DNA of 64,000 bases from Candidatus Hydrogenedentota bacterium (GTDB lineage: Bacteria; Hydrogenedentota; Hydrogenedentia; Hydrogenedentales; JAEUWI01): contig JAXMOL010000026.1 of assembly GCA_034669905.1 (NCBI GenBank), positions 1 to 64,000 on the forward strand, in the 5' to 3' direction. The notes under the pieces were generated by a model. The model worked only from the letters and a program-made list of their open reading frames with translations, had not been told where the DNA came from and made no database searches. Positions 8,048 through 18,638 of this stretch are shown in pieces. Position 1 is the first letter of the stretch; every line of letters starts with the position of its first letter. The translations under genes and the position numbers were made by a program.

Positions 8048-10354
8048 TCAGCCGGTGCCCGAGCCCCGGTCCCGGCGCGCGTTCAAATAGGCAATGAGTC
8101 CATCCAATCCCGGATCCGTGCGGGGTGCGAAAGTCTCCACGCATCCGCTCAGCTGCTCTCGCTCCAGATTGCTGAGCTCCCGGGAAGTAAGCACCACCAC
8201 CGCGGTGGATGCGGCCATGGGCAGTTCGCGAAACCGGGACAAGAACTCAAAACCGTTCATCACCGGCATCATCACGTCCAGGAAGATGAGTTGGACGTGC
8301 TGACCATCCAGCACCTCCAGTGCGACTTTTCCATCTTCCGCGAAGAAGACTTCCAACCCACGTTGGCCCAACAGCGTACCCAGGATACGCCTCGCCTCGG
8401 CATCATCATCAATAACGAGCACCGGCGATTTCGTCCCGACCAGCCCATGTTTGGTCAGCAGTCGGTCGAGGCGTTCCCCCTCCATCGGTTTGGACTCGAA
8501 ATCAGGCGTATCCAGGACGATACGCAGGTCGAAGGGATCGCCCTCGTCGACGATTACGAAGGCGGAATCCGTCAGGGACACGCTATGTTTGAGGCGCTTT
8601 ATCCGGTCCCAGGCCGCCGTACCAGGGACGACGTAGCGGTGGAGGAGCGCATGGGGTGCCAGTGCTGCGATGCCATCATCACAGTCTGTGTCTTGCAGGC
8701 GGATGGAAGCGACCCGATAACCCGCGCCCGTGAGTATGGGAGCCAGCTTTTCGATGGTGCCCTCTTCCTGATCCAGTAAGAGAACCAGGGGGCCGTCCGT
8801 ATCCGCGGGGGAGCGCAAGATCGCGCCGACGCCTGCGAGCCGGTCGCCGCCCGTGGCTTCGGCGTCGGTCGGAGCGGCGTCCCCGTTGGCGGGCACACGC
8901 AGGGAGAAGCGGGAGCCCCTGTCAGGAACACTCGTGGCCGTTAACTCGGCCCCCAATAATTTGCAGTATTCCTTGGCGAGGGACAGCCCCAGGCCAATAC
9001 CACCATGCTTCCGGGTTGTGCGGGCATCTGTCTGGGTGAAGGACTCAAAGATTTCTTCAAGCTGCTCGGCACTCATGCCGACGCCGGTATCTTCCACGGC
9101 AAACTCCACACACGGGCCAGCGGCCCCGGTCTGCCGGCTCACGGCGAGCGTCACGGTGCCTTCGCTGGTGAACTTGACGGCATTGTCCAGCAGATACTGT
9201 ATCGCCTTCCGAAGTTTCTCCGGATCGGTGTGCAGTGGGGGAAGGCCTTCTTCCACACACAGGTGGAACGCGACGCCCCCTGCGCGCGCAACTCTCTGCA
9301 TGGTCGCCTCCAGTTGCTTTGCCAGGGGCAATGCCTCTACGTTCCGTAAGTTCGCTTCGATTCCACCCGCCTCCATCCTGGAGAGGTCGAGGATCTCATT
9401 GATCATGGAGAGGAGCTTGTGTCCTGCCCGATTGATTCGACGAAGGTCATCGGCGAACTCCTTTTCTGCTTCTGCCGTAGCGTCTTCAATCAGCATATCG
9501 CTGTAACCGATGATCGCGTTCAAGGGCGTGCGGAGCTCGTGTCCCATGTTTGCCAGGAACTGGCTCTTGGCATAGCTCGACGTTTCAGCGGAAAGCTTCG
9601 CTTGCAGGAGCTTCTCTTCCATGTTTTTTCGGCCGGTGATATCCATGGCGATGTGCAGGTATCCCACGATGCTCCCTTCCCGGTCGCGCATGGGGACAAT
9701 GGATTCCTCTACCGTACGGGAATGGCCGTCCTTCCGGATGAAGGCGCACTCGCGTTTGCCCTGTGCCCGCATCAGTGCCCAGTTCGCGAATATCCCGTAG
9801 CCATCGCATCCCGGTGTGAATTCTCCCGCGAGTTGGGAACGCCATACCGTTAGCTCTTGCTCCGAATGGAAACACTCGGGTGTGCGCGTGTTGACCATTT
9901 CCTTCGCGTTGTACCCGAGAAGCAGCTCCGCACCACGGTTGAAGAAGGTGATCACCCCTTCTTCGTTCGTCCCAATGATGGCCACCTCCCGGGCCGACTG
10001 GAGGAGTATGTTCAGGCGCTTGTTTGCCGAGAGCAATTCCTTGCGGATTCGGCTTCTTTTCTCAATCTGCGCCGTAAACTCGGTGCGTAGTTCTTCGTAG
10101 GCTTCGGTCTTCTCGCTCAGGCGTTGTCGCAGATCGGCCTCGCATTGGCCGACCCGTCCCAAACGGCTACCGGTCCGCCAGCCCGTCCATAGCGCGAGCA
10201 CCGCCAGGAGTAGGAGTGCGAAGCTCCACGGATTATCGCGGAGTGCAGGCACCTGCCCGGCACCGCCATCGAGACCGGCGTTGGTGGCGGTGAGTACAAC
10301 CACGCAGAAGAAGAGGAAGAAGGACGCCCCGTAGATTGGTCCCAGTTTCCGCAT
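8048..10354 (-). CDS. Membrane hybrid histidine kinase (TM-coiled coil-PAS-HisKA-HATPase-pseudoREC-REC)
   Basis: [19 protein letters not shown]-box, NAVKFT, DTGVGM, GGIGLGL. Final REC intact (VIDDD, FLDVMMP); the preceding REC is degenerate. Confidence 0.92.
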   Translation of the reverse strand: MRKLGPIYGASFFLFFCVVVLTATNAGLDGGAGQVPALRDNPWSFALLLLAVLALWTGWRTGSRLGRVGQCEADLRQRLSEKTEAYEELRTEFTAQIEKRSRIRKELLSANKRLNILLQSAREVAIIGTNEEGVITFFNRGAELLLGYNAKEMVNTRTPECFHSEQELTVWRSQLAGEFTPGCDGYGIFANWALMRAQGKRECAFIRKDGHSRTVEESIVPMRDREGSIVGYLHIAMDITGRKNMEEKLLQAKLSAETSSYAKSQFLANMGHELRTPLNAIIGYSDMLIEDATAEAEKEFADDLRRINRAGHKLLSMINEILDLSRMEAGGIEANLRNVEALPLAKQLEATMQRVARAGGVAFHLCVEEGLPPLHTDPEKLRKAIQYLLDNAVKFTSEGTVTLAVSRQTGAAGPCVEFAVEDTGVGMSAEQLEEIFESFTQTDARTTRKHGGIGLGLSLAKEYCKLLGAELTATSVPDRGSRFSLRVPANGDAAPTDAEATGGDRLAGVGAILRSPADTDGPLVLLLDQEEGTIEKLAPILTGAGYRVASIRLQDTDCDDGIAALAPHALLHRYVVPGTAAWDRIKRLKHSVSLTDSAFVIVDEGDPFDLRIVLDTPDFESKPMEGERLDRLLTKHGLVGTKSPVLVIDDDAEARRILGTLLGQRGLEVFFAEDGKVALEVLDGQHVQLIFLDVMMPVMNGFEFLSRFRELPMAASTAVVVLTSRELSNLEREQLSGCVETFAPRTDPGLDGLIAYLNARRDRGSGTG

Positions 10355-10777
10355 TCGCCATTCTCCTGTTGTCTATTGCACCATGAGCGGTACATTGCGG
10401 GAGCCGGATCCAGCGCGCCCCACCGCGCCAGATGGGCAGGAGACACGTGGCCGACGCTCGGCAATGTCGGGCCTGGGGTTCCGGAAGAATGGAACCATAT
10501 CGCACCGACTACCTGTTCAGCTTACAACACTTCGGCGTAGGTGCGCACCACAATCATTTAACGGGTCTGACAGTCCTCTATTGTCGAAGTCTTAATGGCG
10601 GTTGGAATCCGGGGGGCTTCTGTTTTGCTGTGTGAGAATTGTGTCCCCGTGATCAGGCATAATGGAAGCCGTTGAAAGCCGAAGCTGAAGGAGTGCGTTA
10701 CGGGTGCAAGTCGCTGGGCTACAGAGGGCTTGCGATTGCACAACGTCACGCGCCGTCAAAACGCTGAGTTGGCGCCT

Positions 10778-13700
10778 ATGATACAAGCGGATTTACCACC
10801 CGATGAACGTGAGCGTTTGAGTGCCTTGCGAGGCTATGAAGTTCTGGATACGCCTTCGGAAGCAGCCTTCGACGATTTTACTCACCTCGCCTCCCACCTC
10901 TGCGGCACGCCCATCTCCCTGATTTCGCTCGTGGACGAAGGGCGGCAGTGGTTTAAGAGTAAGTATGGTATTGATGCCGACGAAACGCCGCGAGAAGTGG
11001 CGTTCTGTGCGCACAGCATTTTGGGGGACACGTTGTTTGAGGTGCCCAACGCGCTGGCAGATGAGCGATTTGCCGATAATCCCCTGGTTGCAGGCGAGCC
11101 GGGAATTCGCTCCTATGCGGGGGTGCCGTTGACCACCCCGGATGGCCACAACATTGGCACCCTTTGTGTCATCGATCAGGCCCCGCGTACCCTCACCCCG
11201 GCGCAACGGGACGGACTGATTCGTCTTGGCAGGCAGGTGGTCGTGCTGCTTGAACAGCGTCTCGCCGTGCGGAAGCTGGCGCGCCAGTTCAGTTTCCACC
11301 AGGCGATTCTCGATGGTGCCGGGACCGCTATCATCGCAACCGCGGAGTCAGGCACTATCACGAGCTTCAATGCTGCCGCGGAGCAGATGCTCGGCTATTC
11401 CGCCAGCGAGCTATTGGGCACACAAACCCCCGGCCTGTTTCATGATCCGGAAGAGGTTGCCGAGCGGGCACGGGAGCTGTCGGCGGAACTGGGCCACGTG
11501 ATCGCGCCCGGCTTCGACGTTTTTGTTGCCACGGCGCGCCAAGGAAGACCCGACGCCCGGAATTGGACCTACATCCGGAAGGACGGCTCCCGGTTTCCGG
11601 TGTACCTCACGGTCACCGCCATGCGGGCGAAGAATGATGAGATAACGGGTTTTCTGGGGGTGGCCTCCGATATTTCGGAAAGAATCCAGGCCGAGGAAAC
11701 AAGCGCCCGGCTGGCTGCAATCGTAGATTCATCCGCCGATGCGATTGTCAGTGAGTCCGTAGATGGAAAAATTACCAGTTGGAATCGGGCGGCTGAGAAA
11801 CTTTTTGGCTATACCTCGGAGGAGGCCGTCGGTCAGCCCGTGGGAATGCTGTTTCCACCGACCCACCGCGATGAACTGGCCGGAATTTGCGCCCGCCTTG
11901 AGCGGGGAGAGCAGGTACCGAATTTTGAGACCGTGCGCCTGACGAAGCAGGGGGAAGCCATTGAGGTATCCGTAACGATTTCACCCGTGCTCAATTCACA
12001 GGGCAAAACCGTGGGCGCGTCCAAAATCGTCCGGGATATCCGGGAGCAAAAGCGTTCGCAGCTAAAACTTGCCCGCTCCGAGGCGCTGAACCGGGCAGTG
12101 CTGGAGTCGGCCGTAGACGGGATTACCGTAATCGATTCCAAGGGAACGATTCTCACCTTTAATCCCGCTGCCGAGCGAATCTTTGGGTATTCGGCCGATG
12201 AAGTGGTGGGTAAAAACGTCAGTCTACTTACTCCCGAACCCCACCGCTCCGCCCACGATGGCTACCTTGCGGCCTATCTGGAGACCAAGGTCAAGCATAT
12301 CATCGGTACCGGGCGCGAAGTAGAAGGGGTCCGTAAGGATGGGACCCGCATTCCCATTGAGTTGGGTATCAGCGAGATGTACGTCGGGGGAGAATACTTC
12401 TTTACCGGTATTACGCGGGATATCAGTGCGCGAAAGCAGGCGGAACAGGAGATCCTGGATCGGAACCGGCTGCTTGCCTTGAGCGCCTCTGTGGGCCGCG
12501 CACTGACGGAATGCTCGGAATTGTCCGAGACCCTGGCCCGCTGCGCCCAGGCCATTGTCGATCACCTGGATGCCGCTTTCGCCCGAATCTGGATTCTCGA
12601 TGAAGCGGGTTCAACACTGGAGCTGCGGGCTAGTGCCGGGCGCTATACCCATCTCGACGGGCCGCACGCCCGGGTGCCTGTGGGCAAGTTCAAGATAGGC
12701 CTCATAGCAGAAGAGCGGAAACCGCACCTGACCAATGACGTCCAGCATGACCCCCGTGTCAGCGACAAAGCGTGGGCCAGGCGAGAGGGGATGGTGTCTT
12801 TCGCGGGTTACCCGCTGCTGGTGGAGGGGCGCATCATTGGCGTGTTGGCGATGTTTGCGAAGCACCCGCTCGCCGATGCCACGTTGGATCTCCTCGGCAC
12901 GGTCGCCACCCAGGTGGCCGTAGGCGCCAATCGATTCGAAACCATGCGGGAACTGCAACAGGCGAAGGAAGCGGCCGATGAGGCCAGCCAGGCAAAGAGC
13001 CAGTTTCTGGCCAACATGAGCCACGAATTGCGTACGCCGCTGAATGCCATTATCGGCTATAGCGAAATGATGGTAGAGGAAGCAGAGGACGCCGAGCAGA
13101 CCGAGCTCATTCCAGATCTGGAGAAGATCCATGGGGCCGGTCAGCATCTGCTTCAGTTGATCAACGATATCCTGGATCTATCGAAAATCGAAGCCGGTCG
13201 GATGGAGGTCTACCTGGAGACCTTTGAATTGAGCGACCTCATCCAACAAGTCATCACGACCGCTGCCCCGCTCATCCAGAACAAGAACAATGTGCTCACC
13301 GTGGATTGTCCCGACACTATAGGCACCGTGACTTCGGATAGCACCAAACTTCGTCAGTGCCTCTTTAATTTGCTCAGCAACGCGGCGAAATTTACCGATT
13401 CGGGAGAGATCAGCCTCACGGTACGACGCGAGTCCCGTGCGGGCGGGGATTGGATCGTCAGCGAGGTGCGCGATACCGGCATTGGCATGACACCCGAGCA
13501 GATGGACGGATTGTTTCAATCCTTTCAGCAAGCCGATAGTTCGACGACTCGAAACTATGGTGGTACGGGCCTCGGCCTGGCCATCACGCGGAAGATTGCG
13601 CAGATGCTCGGGGGAGAAGTGGCGGTGGAAAGTGAATACGGCCAGGGCTCGCTCTTTCGCTTCGAAGTCTTCGACCAGGTGGGCGCTGTGAACCAAGACC

Positions 13701-14518
13701 CCACCGAGACATCGGCATCCGACGGCCTCGCTACGGACCCGGCCGCCGAGGAGGTGGCTTCGGAGACGGCGAACCCCCGGGACTGCGTGCTGGTCATTGA
13801 TGACGAGGCCAGTGTACGTGACGTGCTTCGCCGCTTCCTGGAACGAGAAGGCTACACGGTCCTTGAAGCGGAGAGTGGCGAAATCGGCCTGTCGATGGCG
13901 CGAACGCACCAACCCTTTGCGATTACCCTCGATATCATGATGCCCCAGATGGATGGTTGGGCCGTGTTGGCAGCCCTGAAAGCCGATGACCAGTTGGCTG
14001 ACATTCCGGTAGTGATGCTCTCCTTGCTGGAGGAGAAGAATCTCGCCTATGCCCTGGGTGTTTCCGACTACCTGGTTAAACCCGTGGATCGCCAGACCTT
14101 GACGCAAATCCTGGCAAAGCACCGGAAGCAGACGGAGCAGGAAAAGATTCTCGTCGTAGAAGATGACCCGGATAGTCGCGAGATGATGGTGCGCTTTCTC
14201 CGCGACAAGGGCTATGACGTCGCGGTGGCCGAAAACGGACGGGTCGCCATGGAGATGCTTCACAAGGGGGTTCCCTCGCTAATCCTACTGGATTTGATGA
14301 TGCCCGAGATGGATGGCTTTGAGTTTACCGCAGAGCTTCGAAAGAGTCCGGCCTTTCGTGATATCCCGGTAGTCGTTTTGACGGCCCGTGACCTGTCCTC
14401 CGACGATCGGCGTTTTCTGGAACAGAATGTGGAGCATGTCATGATGAAAGGCGCGTTCAGTCGGGAGCAGTTCCTGACCGAACTGAGGGCAATGTTGTCC
14501 ACGTATCAAAGGGATTGA
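10778..14518 (+). CDS. Cytoplasmic hybrid histidine kinase (GAF-PAS-PAS-PAS-GAF-HisKA-HATPase-REC-REC)
   Basis: GAF ([22 protein letters not shown]), three PAS/PAC, second [29 protein letters not shown], two REC domains. ATG at 10778 preferred over TTG 10730. Confidence 0.93.
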   Translation: MIQADLPPDERERLSALRGYEVLDTPSEAAFDDFTHLASHLCGTPISLISLVDEGRQWFKSKYGIDADETPREVAFCAHSILGDTLFEVPNALADERFADNPLVAGEPGIRSYAGVPLTTPDGHNIGTLCVIDQAPRTLTPAQRDGLIRLGRQVVVLLEQRLAVRKLARQFSFHQAILDGAGTAIIATAESGTITSFNAAAEQMLGYSASELLGTQTPGLFHDPEEVAERARELSAELGHVIAPGFDVFVATARQGRPDARNWTYIRKDGSRFPVYLTVTAMRAKNDEITGFLGVASDISERIQAEETSARLAAIVDSSADAIVSESVDGKITSWNRAAEKLFGYTSEEAVGQPVGMLFPPTHRDELAGICARLERGEQVPNFETVRLTKQGEAIEVSVTISPVLNSQGKTVGASKIVRDIREQKRSQLKLARSEALNRAVLESAVDGITVIDSKGTILTFNPAAERIFGYSADEVVGKNVSLLTPEPHRSAHDGYLAAYLETKVKHIIGTGREVEGVRKDGTRIPIELGISEMYVGGEYFFTGITRDISARKQAEQEILDRNRLLALSASVGRALTECSELSETLARCAQAIVDHLDAAFARIWILDEAGSTLELRASAGRYTHLDGPHARVPVGKFKIGLIAEERKPHLTNDVQHDPRVSDKAWARREGMVSFAGYPLLVEGRIIGVLAMFAKHPLADATLDLLGTVATQVAVGANRFETMRELQQAKEAADEASQAKSQFLANMSHELRTPLNAIIGYSEMMVEEAEDAEQTELIPDLEKIHGAGQHLLQLINDILDLSKIEAGRMEVYLETFELSDLIQQVITTAAPLIQNKNNVLTVDCPDTIGTVTSDSTKLRQCLFNLLSNAAKFTDSGEISLTVRRESRAGGDWIVSEVRDTGIGMTPEQMDGLFQSFQQADSSTTRNYGGTGLGLAITRKIAQMLGGEVAVESEYGQGSLFRFEVFDQVGAVNQDPTETSASDGLATDPAAEEVASETANPRDCVLVIDDEASVRDVLRRFLEREGYTVLEAESGEIGLSMARTHQPFAITLDIMMPQMDGWAVLAALKADDQLADIPVVMLSLLEEKNLAYALGVSDYLVKPVDRQTLTQILAKHRKQTEQEKILVVEDDPDSREMMVRFLRDKGYDVAVAENGRVAMEMLHKGVPSLILLDLMMPEMDGFEFTAELRKSPAFRDIPVVVLTARDLSSDDRRFLEQNVEHVMMKGAFSREQFLTELRAMLSTYQRD

Positions 14519-14597
14519 CGTCTAGCGGGTGCCCGGTGAGCCGGGGCCGTTCTTAACGCGTTTTTGGGACAAGTAGTACAGCAACTTACAAGGTCTG

Positions 14598-14981
14598 ATG
14601 GTTATGGCAAGAATTCTGGTCGTAGAAGACAATGAAGTCAATCGGGAAATGCTGACCCGGCGCCTGGTACGAAAGGGGCACGAGGTATCCATTGCCGTAG
14701 ACGGTCAGGAAGCAGTGACTGCGGCCAGCGCTGAAACGCCTGACATTATACTCATGGATATGAGTCTTCCGGTGATCGACGGGTGGGAAGCGACCCAGAT
14801 GATCCGGGCCACGGATACTATCGCCCACATTCCGATTATAGCGCTCACGGCCCATGCCATGGAGAGTGACCGGGGCAAGGCGATGGATGCCGGCTGCGAT
14901 GAGTTCGAAACGAAACCCATTCGCTTCAGCATACTCATGGAGAAGATTGAAGCCCTGCTCGAACAAGGGCGGAGTGCGTGA
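14598..14981 (+). CDS. Single-domain response regulator (DivK/CheY-like)
   Basis: ILVVEDN, ILMDMSLP, ALTAHA, TKPI. Confidence 0.92.
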   Translation: MVMARILVVEDNEVNREMLTRRLVRKGHEVSIAVDGQEAVTAASAETPDIILMDMSLPVIDGWEATQMIRATDTIAHIPIIALTAHAMESDRGKAMDAGCDEFETKPIRFSILMEKIEALLEQGRSA

Positions 14982-16012
14982 CGGCTCCGCGTCAGAGGGT
15001 CCTGGTGGTTGATGACATGGAGGAAAACCGGGACCTGCTGGTCAGGCGCCTTCAACGGCAAGGCCTGGAAACCGCCGAGGCGGTCGACGGGTCGGAGGCC
15101 CTGGAACTGCTGCACTCAGCGCATTTTGATCTGGTACTTCTCGACATCATGATGCCGGTGCTCGACGGTTTTCATGTCCTGGAGCAAATCAAAGCAAATC
15201 CCGAGTTGCGTGAACTCCCTGTCATCGTGATTTCGGCGATGAACGAAATTGAAAGTGCCGCACGCTGCATAGAGTTGGGTGCAGATGACTACCTCACGAA
15301 GCCGTTCAATCCCGTGCTGCTCCGCGCGCGGGTCAATGCGTGTCTCGAAAAAAAGGCCTTTCGGGATCGCGAACGAAAATACCTCTCCCGAATTGAACAG
15401 GAGCGTGTCCGTGCGGACCGGCTCCTGGGGGTCCTGTTTCCCGACCAGGTAATTGAAGAATTGAAGCGCACGGGGAGTATCCAGCCCAAAGCCCACGAAG
15501 AAGTCGCGGTACTCTTCGCCGATATTGTCGGCTTCACCGCCTATTGCAGGGCAGAGTGTCCAGGCCGGGTGGTGGAGCTGTTGCAAGAGGTGATGTGTGC
15601 CTTCGAGGATGTGTGTCTACGACACGAAATCCACAAGACGAAGACGATAGGGGATTGCTTTATGGCCACGTCGGGCCTGATCGTAGAGCGGCCGGACCCG
15701 GCGCTGAACGCCGTTCGTGCGGGCACGGAGATGATCGCGGTGTTGCGAGAGTTGGTGCCGGAGTGGCAACTGCGCGTCGGGGTGCACATGGGGCCGCTAA
15801 TATCCGGGGTTGTAGGTCGAAGACAATATCTCTATGACGTCTGGGGCGATACGGTCAACACCGCGCAGCGGGTGGAGCAGCATGGTGTGCCGGGGGGTGT
15901 CGTCGTGAGCGAGGTGGTCCACAATGCGATACGGGCGGTTATTCCTACAATTCTTCTTGGAGAAGTTGATGCAAAAAACAGGGGTGCGCTTCGTCTGTTT
16001 CGAGTTGTTTGA
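14978..16012 (+). CDS. REC + class III adenylate cyclase (catalytic residues intact)
   Basis: REC, LFADIVGF, KTKTIGDCFM, YDVWGDTVNTAQR. GTGA overlap with the upstream REC gene. Confidence 0.92.
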   Translation: MTAPRQRVLVVDDMEENRDLLVRRLQRQGLETAEAVDGSEALELLHSAHFDLVLLDIMMPVLDGFHVLEQIKANPELRELPVIVISAMNEIESAARCIELGADDYLTKPFNPVLLRARVNACLEKKAFRDRERKYLSRIEQERVRADRLLGVLFPDQVIEELKRTGSIQPKAHEEVAVLFADIVGFTAYCRAECPGRVVELLQEVMCAFEDVCLRHEIHKTKTIGDCFMATSGLIVERPDPALNAVRAGTEMIAVLRELVPEWQLRVGVHMGPLISGVVGRRQYLYDVWGDTVNTAQRVEQHGVPGGVVVSEVVHNAIRAVIPTILLGEVDAKNRGALRLFRVV

Positions 16013-16357
16013 GGTGCGATAGGGCGATAGGGGGACAGAAATATACCACATTGTAAGTGCCTACAGTAAAAGGGGTAATGGGATTAATGGAGATGTTTTC
16101 CTTGACGGACACTCGGATAAAACGGTAGAGTTCCTAAGGAGCTACACCGTCGTTTTGCTGGGGAGTTGTGGGCGGATTCGCTGTGGCATCCTTAGCGCTT
16201 CGGTGGCGTCGTCGTAAGGCGTCGGTGAAGAAGGTGTCAAGGATTTCGTCTGGTTGGATACTGGCGAGGGTGACTGAAAAACCGGGTCACGTTCGATTCG
16301 GAAAACTGGGGTGCGCAGCGAAGGAAGGCCGTGCAATCCGTCGGAGGTTTTGGGAGC

Positions 16358-16984
16358 ATGCCCGTGCAACGGATATTGGTGGTAGAGGACGACGAGTCCA
16401 GTAGAGACTTTTTAACACGCCGACTTCGTGCGAAGAACTACGAGGTGTTTTCCAGCGACGGAAGCGGCGACGTACTCGAATCCATAACCGAGATACAACC
16501 GCATGCGATCCTGCTCGATATCATGCTGCCCGGCGTGAGCGGCCTGGAGGTACTTCAGGCGATTCGAGAGTATTGGTCCCCTGAGCAGATCGCCGTCATC
16601 CTGGTCTCTGGACTCGACAGCAGCGAGGATGTGGTGCGCGGTCTGGAACTTGGGGCAAACGACTATGTGGCGAAGCCTATCAATTTCCCCGTATTGCTCG
16701 CACGGCTGCGCACAAGTCTCGCCTCCGTAGATTCTTTCCAGCGACTGACACAGGAACACGAGACCGAGCGAAAGCTTTCCGAATTAAAAGTCCTTGCGGA
16801 GCGACTTGGGACTGCACTTGATAAGCTCAAGCATATTGCCGGGAGCAGCGACAATCGTGACGCCTTATTGCAGGAAGTAACGGAGATGCAGCGTCTCTTG
16901 GATCAGCAACACCGCTGCCTGAGTTTTGAGCCGATTGAAATGGATTTCAATGCGGAGTTGCTCAGTATTCGAGACTTCCGTTGA
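16358..16984 (+). CDS. Response regulator receiver with C-terminal coiled coil
   Basis: ATG after GGGAG. ILVVEDD, LLDIMLP, AKPI, then a helical tail. Confidence 0.85.
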   Translation: MPVQRILVVEDDESSRDFLTRRLRAKNYEVFSSDGSGDVLESITEIQPHAILLDIMLPGVSGLEVLQAIREYWSPEQIAVILVSGLDSSEDVVRGLELGANDYVAKPINFPVLLARLRTSLASVDSFQRLTQEHETERKLSELKVLAERLGTALDKLKHIAGSSDNRDALLQEVTEMQRLLDQQHRCLSFEPIEMDFNAELLSIRDFR

Positions 16985-17060
16985 GTCCCCGATTGGTCCG
17001 GGATGGCACGACGGTTGAGAATCGGAGCGCGGTCCATGGCCAAACTCTGGAGGATGCGAA

Positions 17061-18638
17061 ATGACGGGATACAGTGTCTGCGTACAGCGATTCGGCGAGA
17101 AGACCAGTACGGTATCTTTCGCTTCGGGGGAACTCACCATCGGCCGCTCTGACGAATCGGATATTGTCATCTGTGATTCTCACATCTCCAGGAACCATGC
17201 GCGGCTCAAGCTCAATGAAGATGCCTTGGAGATCGTGGACTTGGGCAGCCGAAACGGCGTGTTGGTGAATGGTGCCCCTATCCAGTCGGCGCAATTGAAA
17301 GTCGACGATGTGGTTACGATTGGGACCTTTAATCTCATCTTCGAACGCTTCGAGGCGGACAAGGTTTCCGGCGAGTTCAACACGTCCATACCGATCGGGA
17401 TGGCCAAGAACCTGGCACGGGATCTGGATCGCTCGGACAGCGGTATTTCCTACCTGAGCACCATGTTCCAGATCACCCAACTGCTTGGACAGCACGTCGA
17501 CCTGGAGCAGCGGCTACTGGAGGCCCTCGACCTCATTCTCCAATCGGTCCCCGCAACCCGCAGTTTCATCTTGGTTCGCTACGCAAAGTCAGAGCGCCTG
17601 AAACTCAAAGCGAGCCTTTCTTTGCGGAACTACGCGACCGACCCGCCTATCAGCAAGACCCTCTTGAGTCACGTGATGCACACAAAATCTGCGGTGTTGA
17701 CGGCAAACGCCAAGATAGACCCCCGCTTTCACGGCTCCGGGAGTATTTTTCGCCATGGTATTGAAGCGGCCATATGCGTGCCACTGTATGCCAACGACGC
17801 GGTCGTGGGCGTCATCTACGTGGATTCTGCGGAGCGTCCTCAGCCATTCACGAGCCGCCACCTGCGCCTACTCAGTATTCTGGGCCAGATTATCGGCACG
17901 ACGATCGATAATGAAGCGATGCATACGCGCGAATTACGCAATACCCGGCTCGCGGCGATTGGAGAGGCGGTCAACGGGATTACCCACGACATGCGAAATC
18001 TGGTCACGGCCATCATGGCCCGTACGGAACTCCTGCAGGTGGCCTGCGAAGGGGAGCGCTGGGAGAAAGTCTCAGGCAACCTGGCCCACCTGATCAGTGC
18101 GTCCGAACGGCTACATGGGTTCACCGGCAATCTCGGCGTAATCTCCAACGAAAACAAATTGAACCTCTCCGCTGTCAATCTGGGGGCGCTTACACGCCAG
18201 TCTGTCGCGCTATGCCAACTCGTTGCCGAAAAGGCCGGCGTTGCTCTGGACGCCGAGGTCGGCGAAATGCTGCCCATCAACGGCGATGAAAATCAATTGC
18301 ATCGGGTACTGCTCAACCTGATTTACAACGCCATTCATGCATGTTCCGATACGACGGGCAGTGTGAAGGTTCGTGCGTATCAGAACGAAGCATTCTCTTT
18401 CATCGAGGTGCAGGATTCCGGCGTGGGTATTGCAGATGACGAGCTGGACAAGATAATGGAACCGTTCTACTCCAAGAAAGGCAGTAACGGAACCGGACTC
18501 GGATTGGCGGTTAGTTTAAAGATTGTCCGACAGCACGGAGGCAGTCTGCGCGTACAGAGTGAACTCGGGGTGGGTACCACGTTCACCGTGATGATTCCCA
18601 GAGATACGGCCGCCTTTACCCCGGTCAAGCCCGCTTAA
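17061..18638 (+). CDS. FHA-GAF-histidine kinase
   Basis: FHA (TIGRS..ISRNHA..DLGSRNG), GAF (AAICVPL..VGVIYVDS), H-box THDMRN, LNLIYNA, DSGVGI, GTGLGL. GGAGG RBS. Confidence 0.9.
   Translation: MTGYSVCVQRFGEKTSTVSFASGELTIGRSDESDIVICDSHISRNHARLKLNEDALEIVDLGSRNGVLVNGAPIQSAQLKVDDVVTIGTFNLIFERFEADKVSGEFNTSIPIGMAKNLARDLDRSDSGISYLSTMFQITQLLGQHVDLEQRLLEALDLILQSVPATRSFILVRYAKSERLKLKASLSLRNYATDPPISKTLLSHVMHTKSAVLTANAKIDPRFHGSGSIFRHGIEAAICVPLYANDAVVGVIYVDSAERPQPFTSRHLRLLSILGQIIGTTIDNEAMHTRELRNTRLAAIGEAVNGITHDMRNLVTAIMARTELLQVACEGERWEKVSGNLAHLISASERLHGFTGNLGVISNENKLNLSAVNLGALTRQSVALCQLVAEKAGVALDAEVGEMLPINGDENQLHRVLLNLIYNAIHACSDTTGSVKVRAYQNEAFSFIEVQDSGVGIADDELDKIMEPFYSKKGSNGTGLGLAVSLKIVRQHGGSLRVQSELGVGTTFTVMIPRDTAAFTPVKPA

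Noticed and set aside
17004..17018. sigma54-like TGGCACG-N4-TTGA upstream of the FHA kinase
   Set aside because: The -12 element is TTGA rather than TTGC, and no enhancer-binding protein is nearby.
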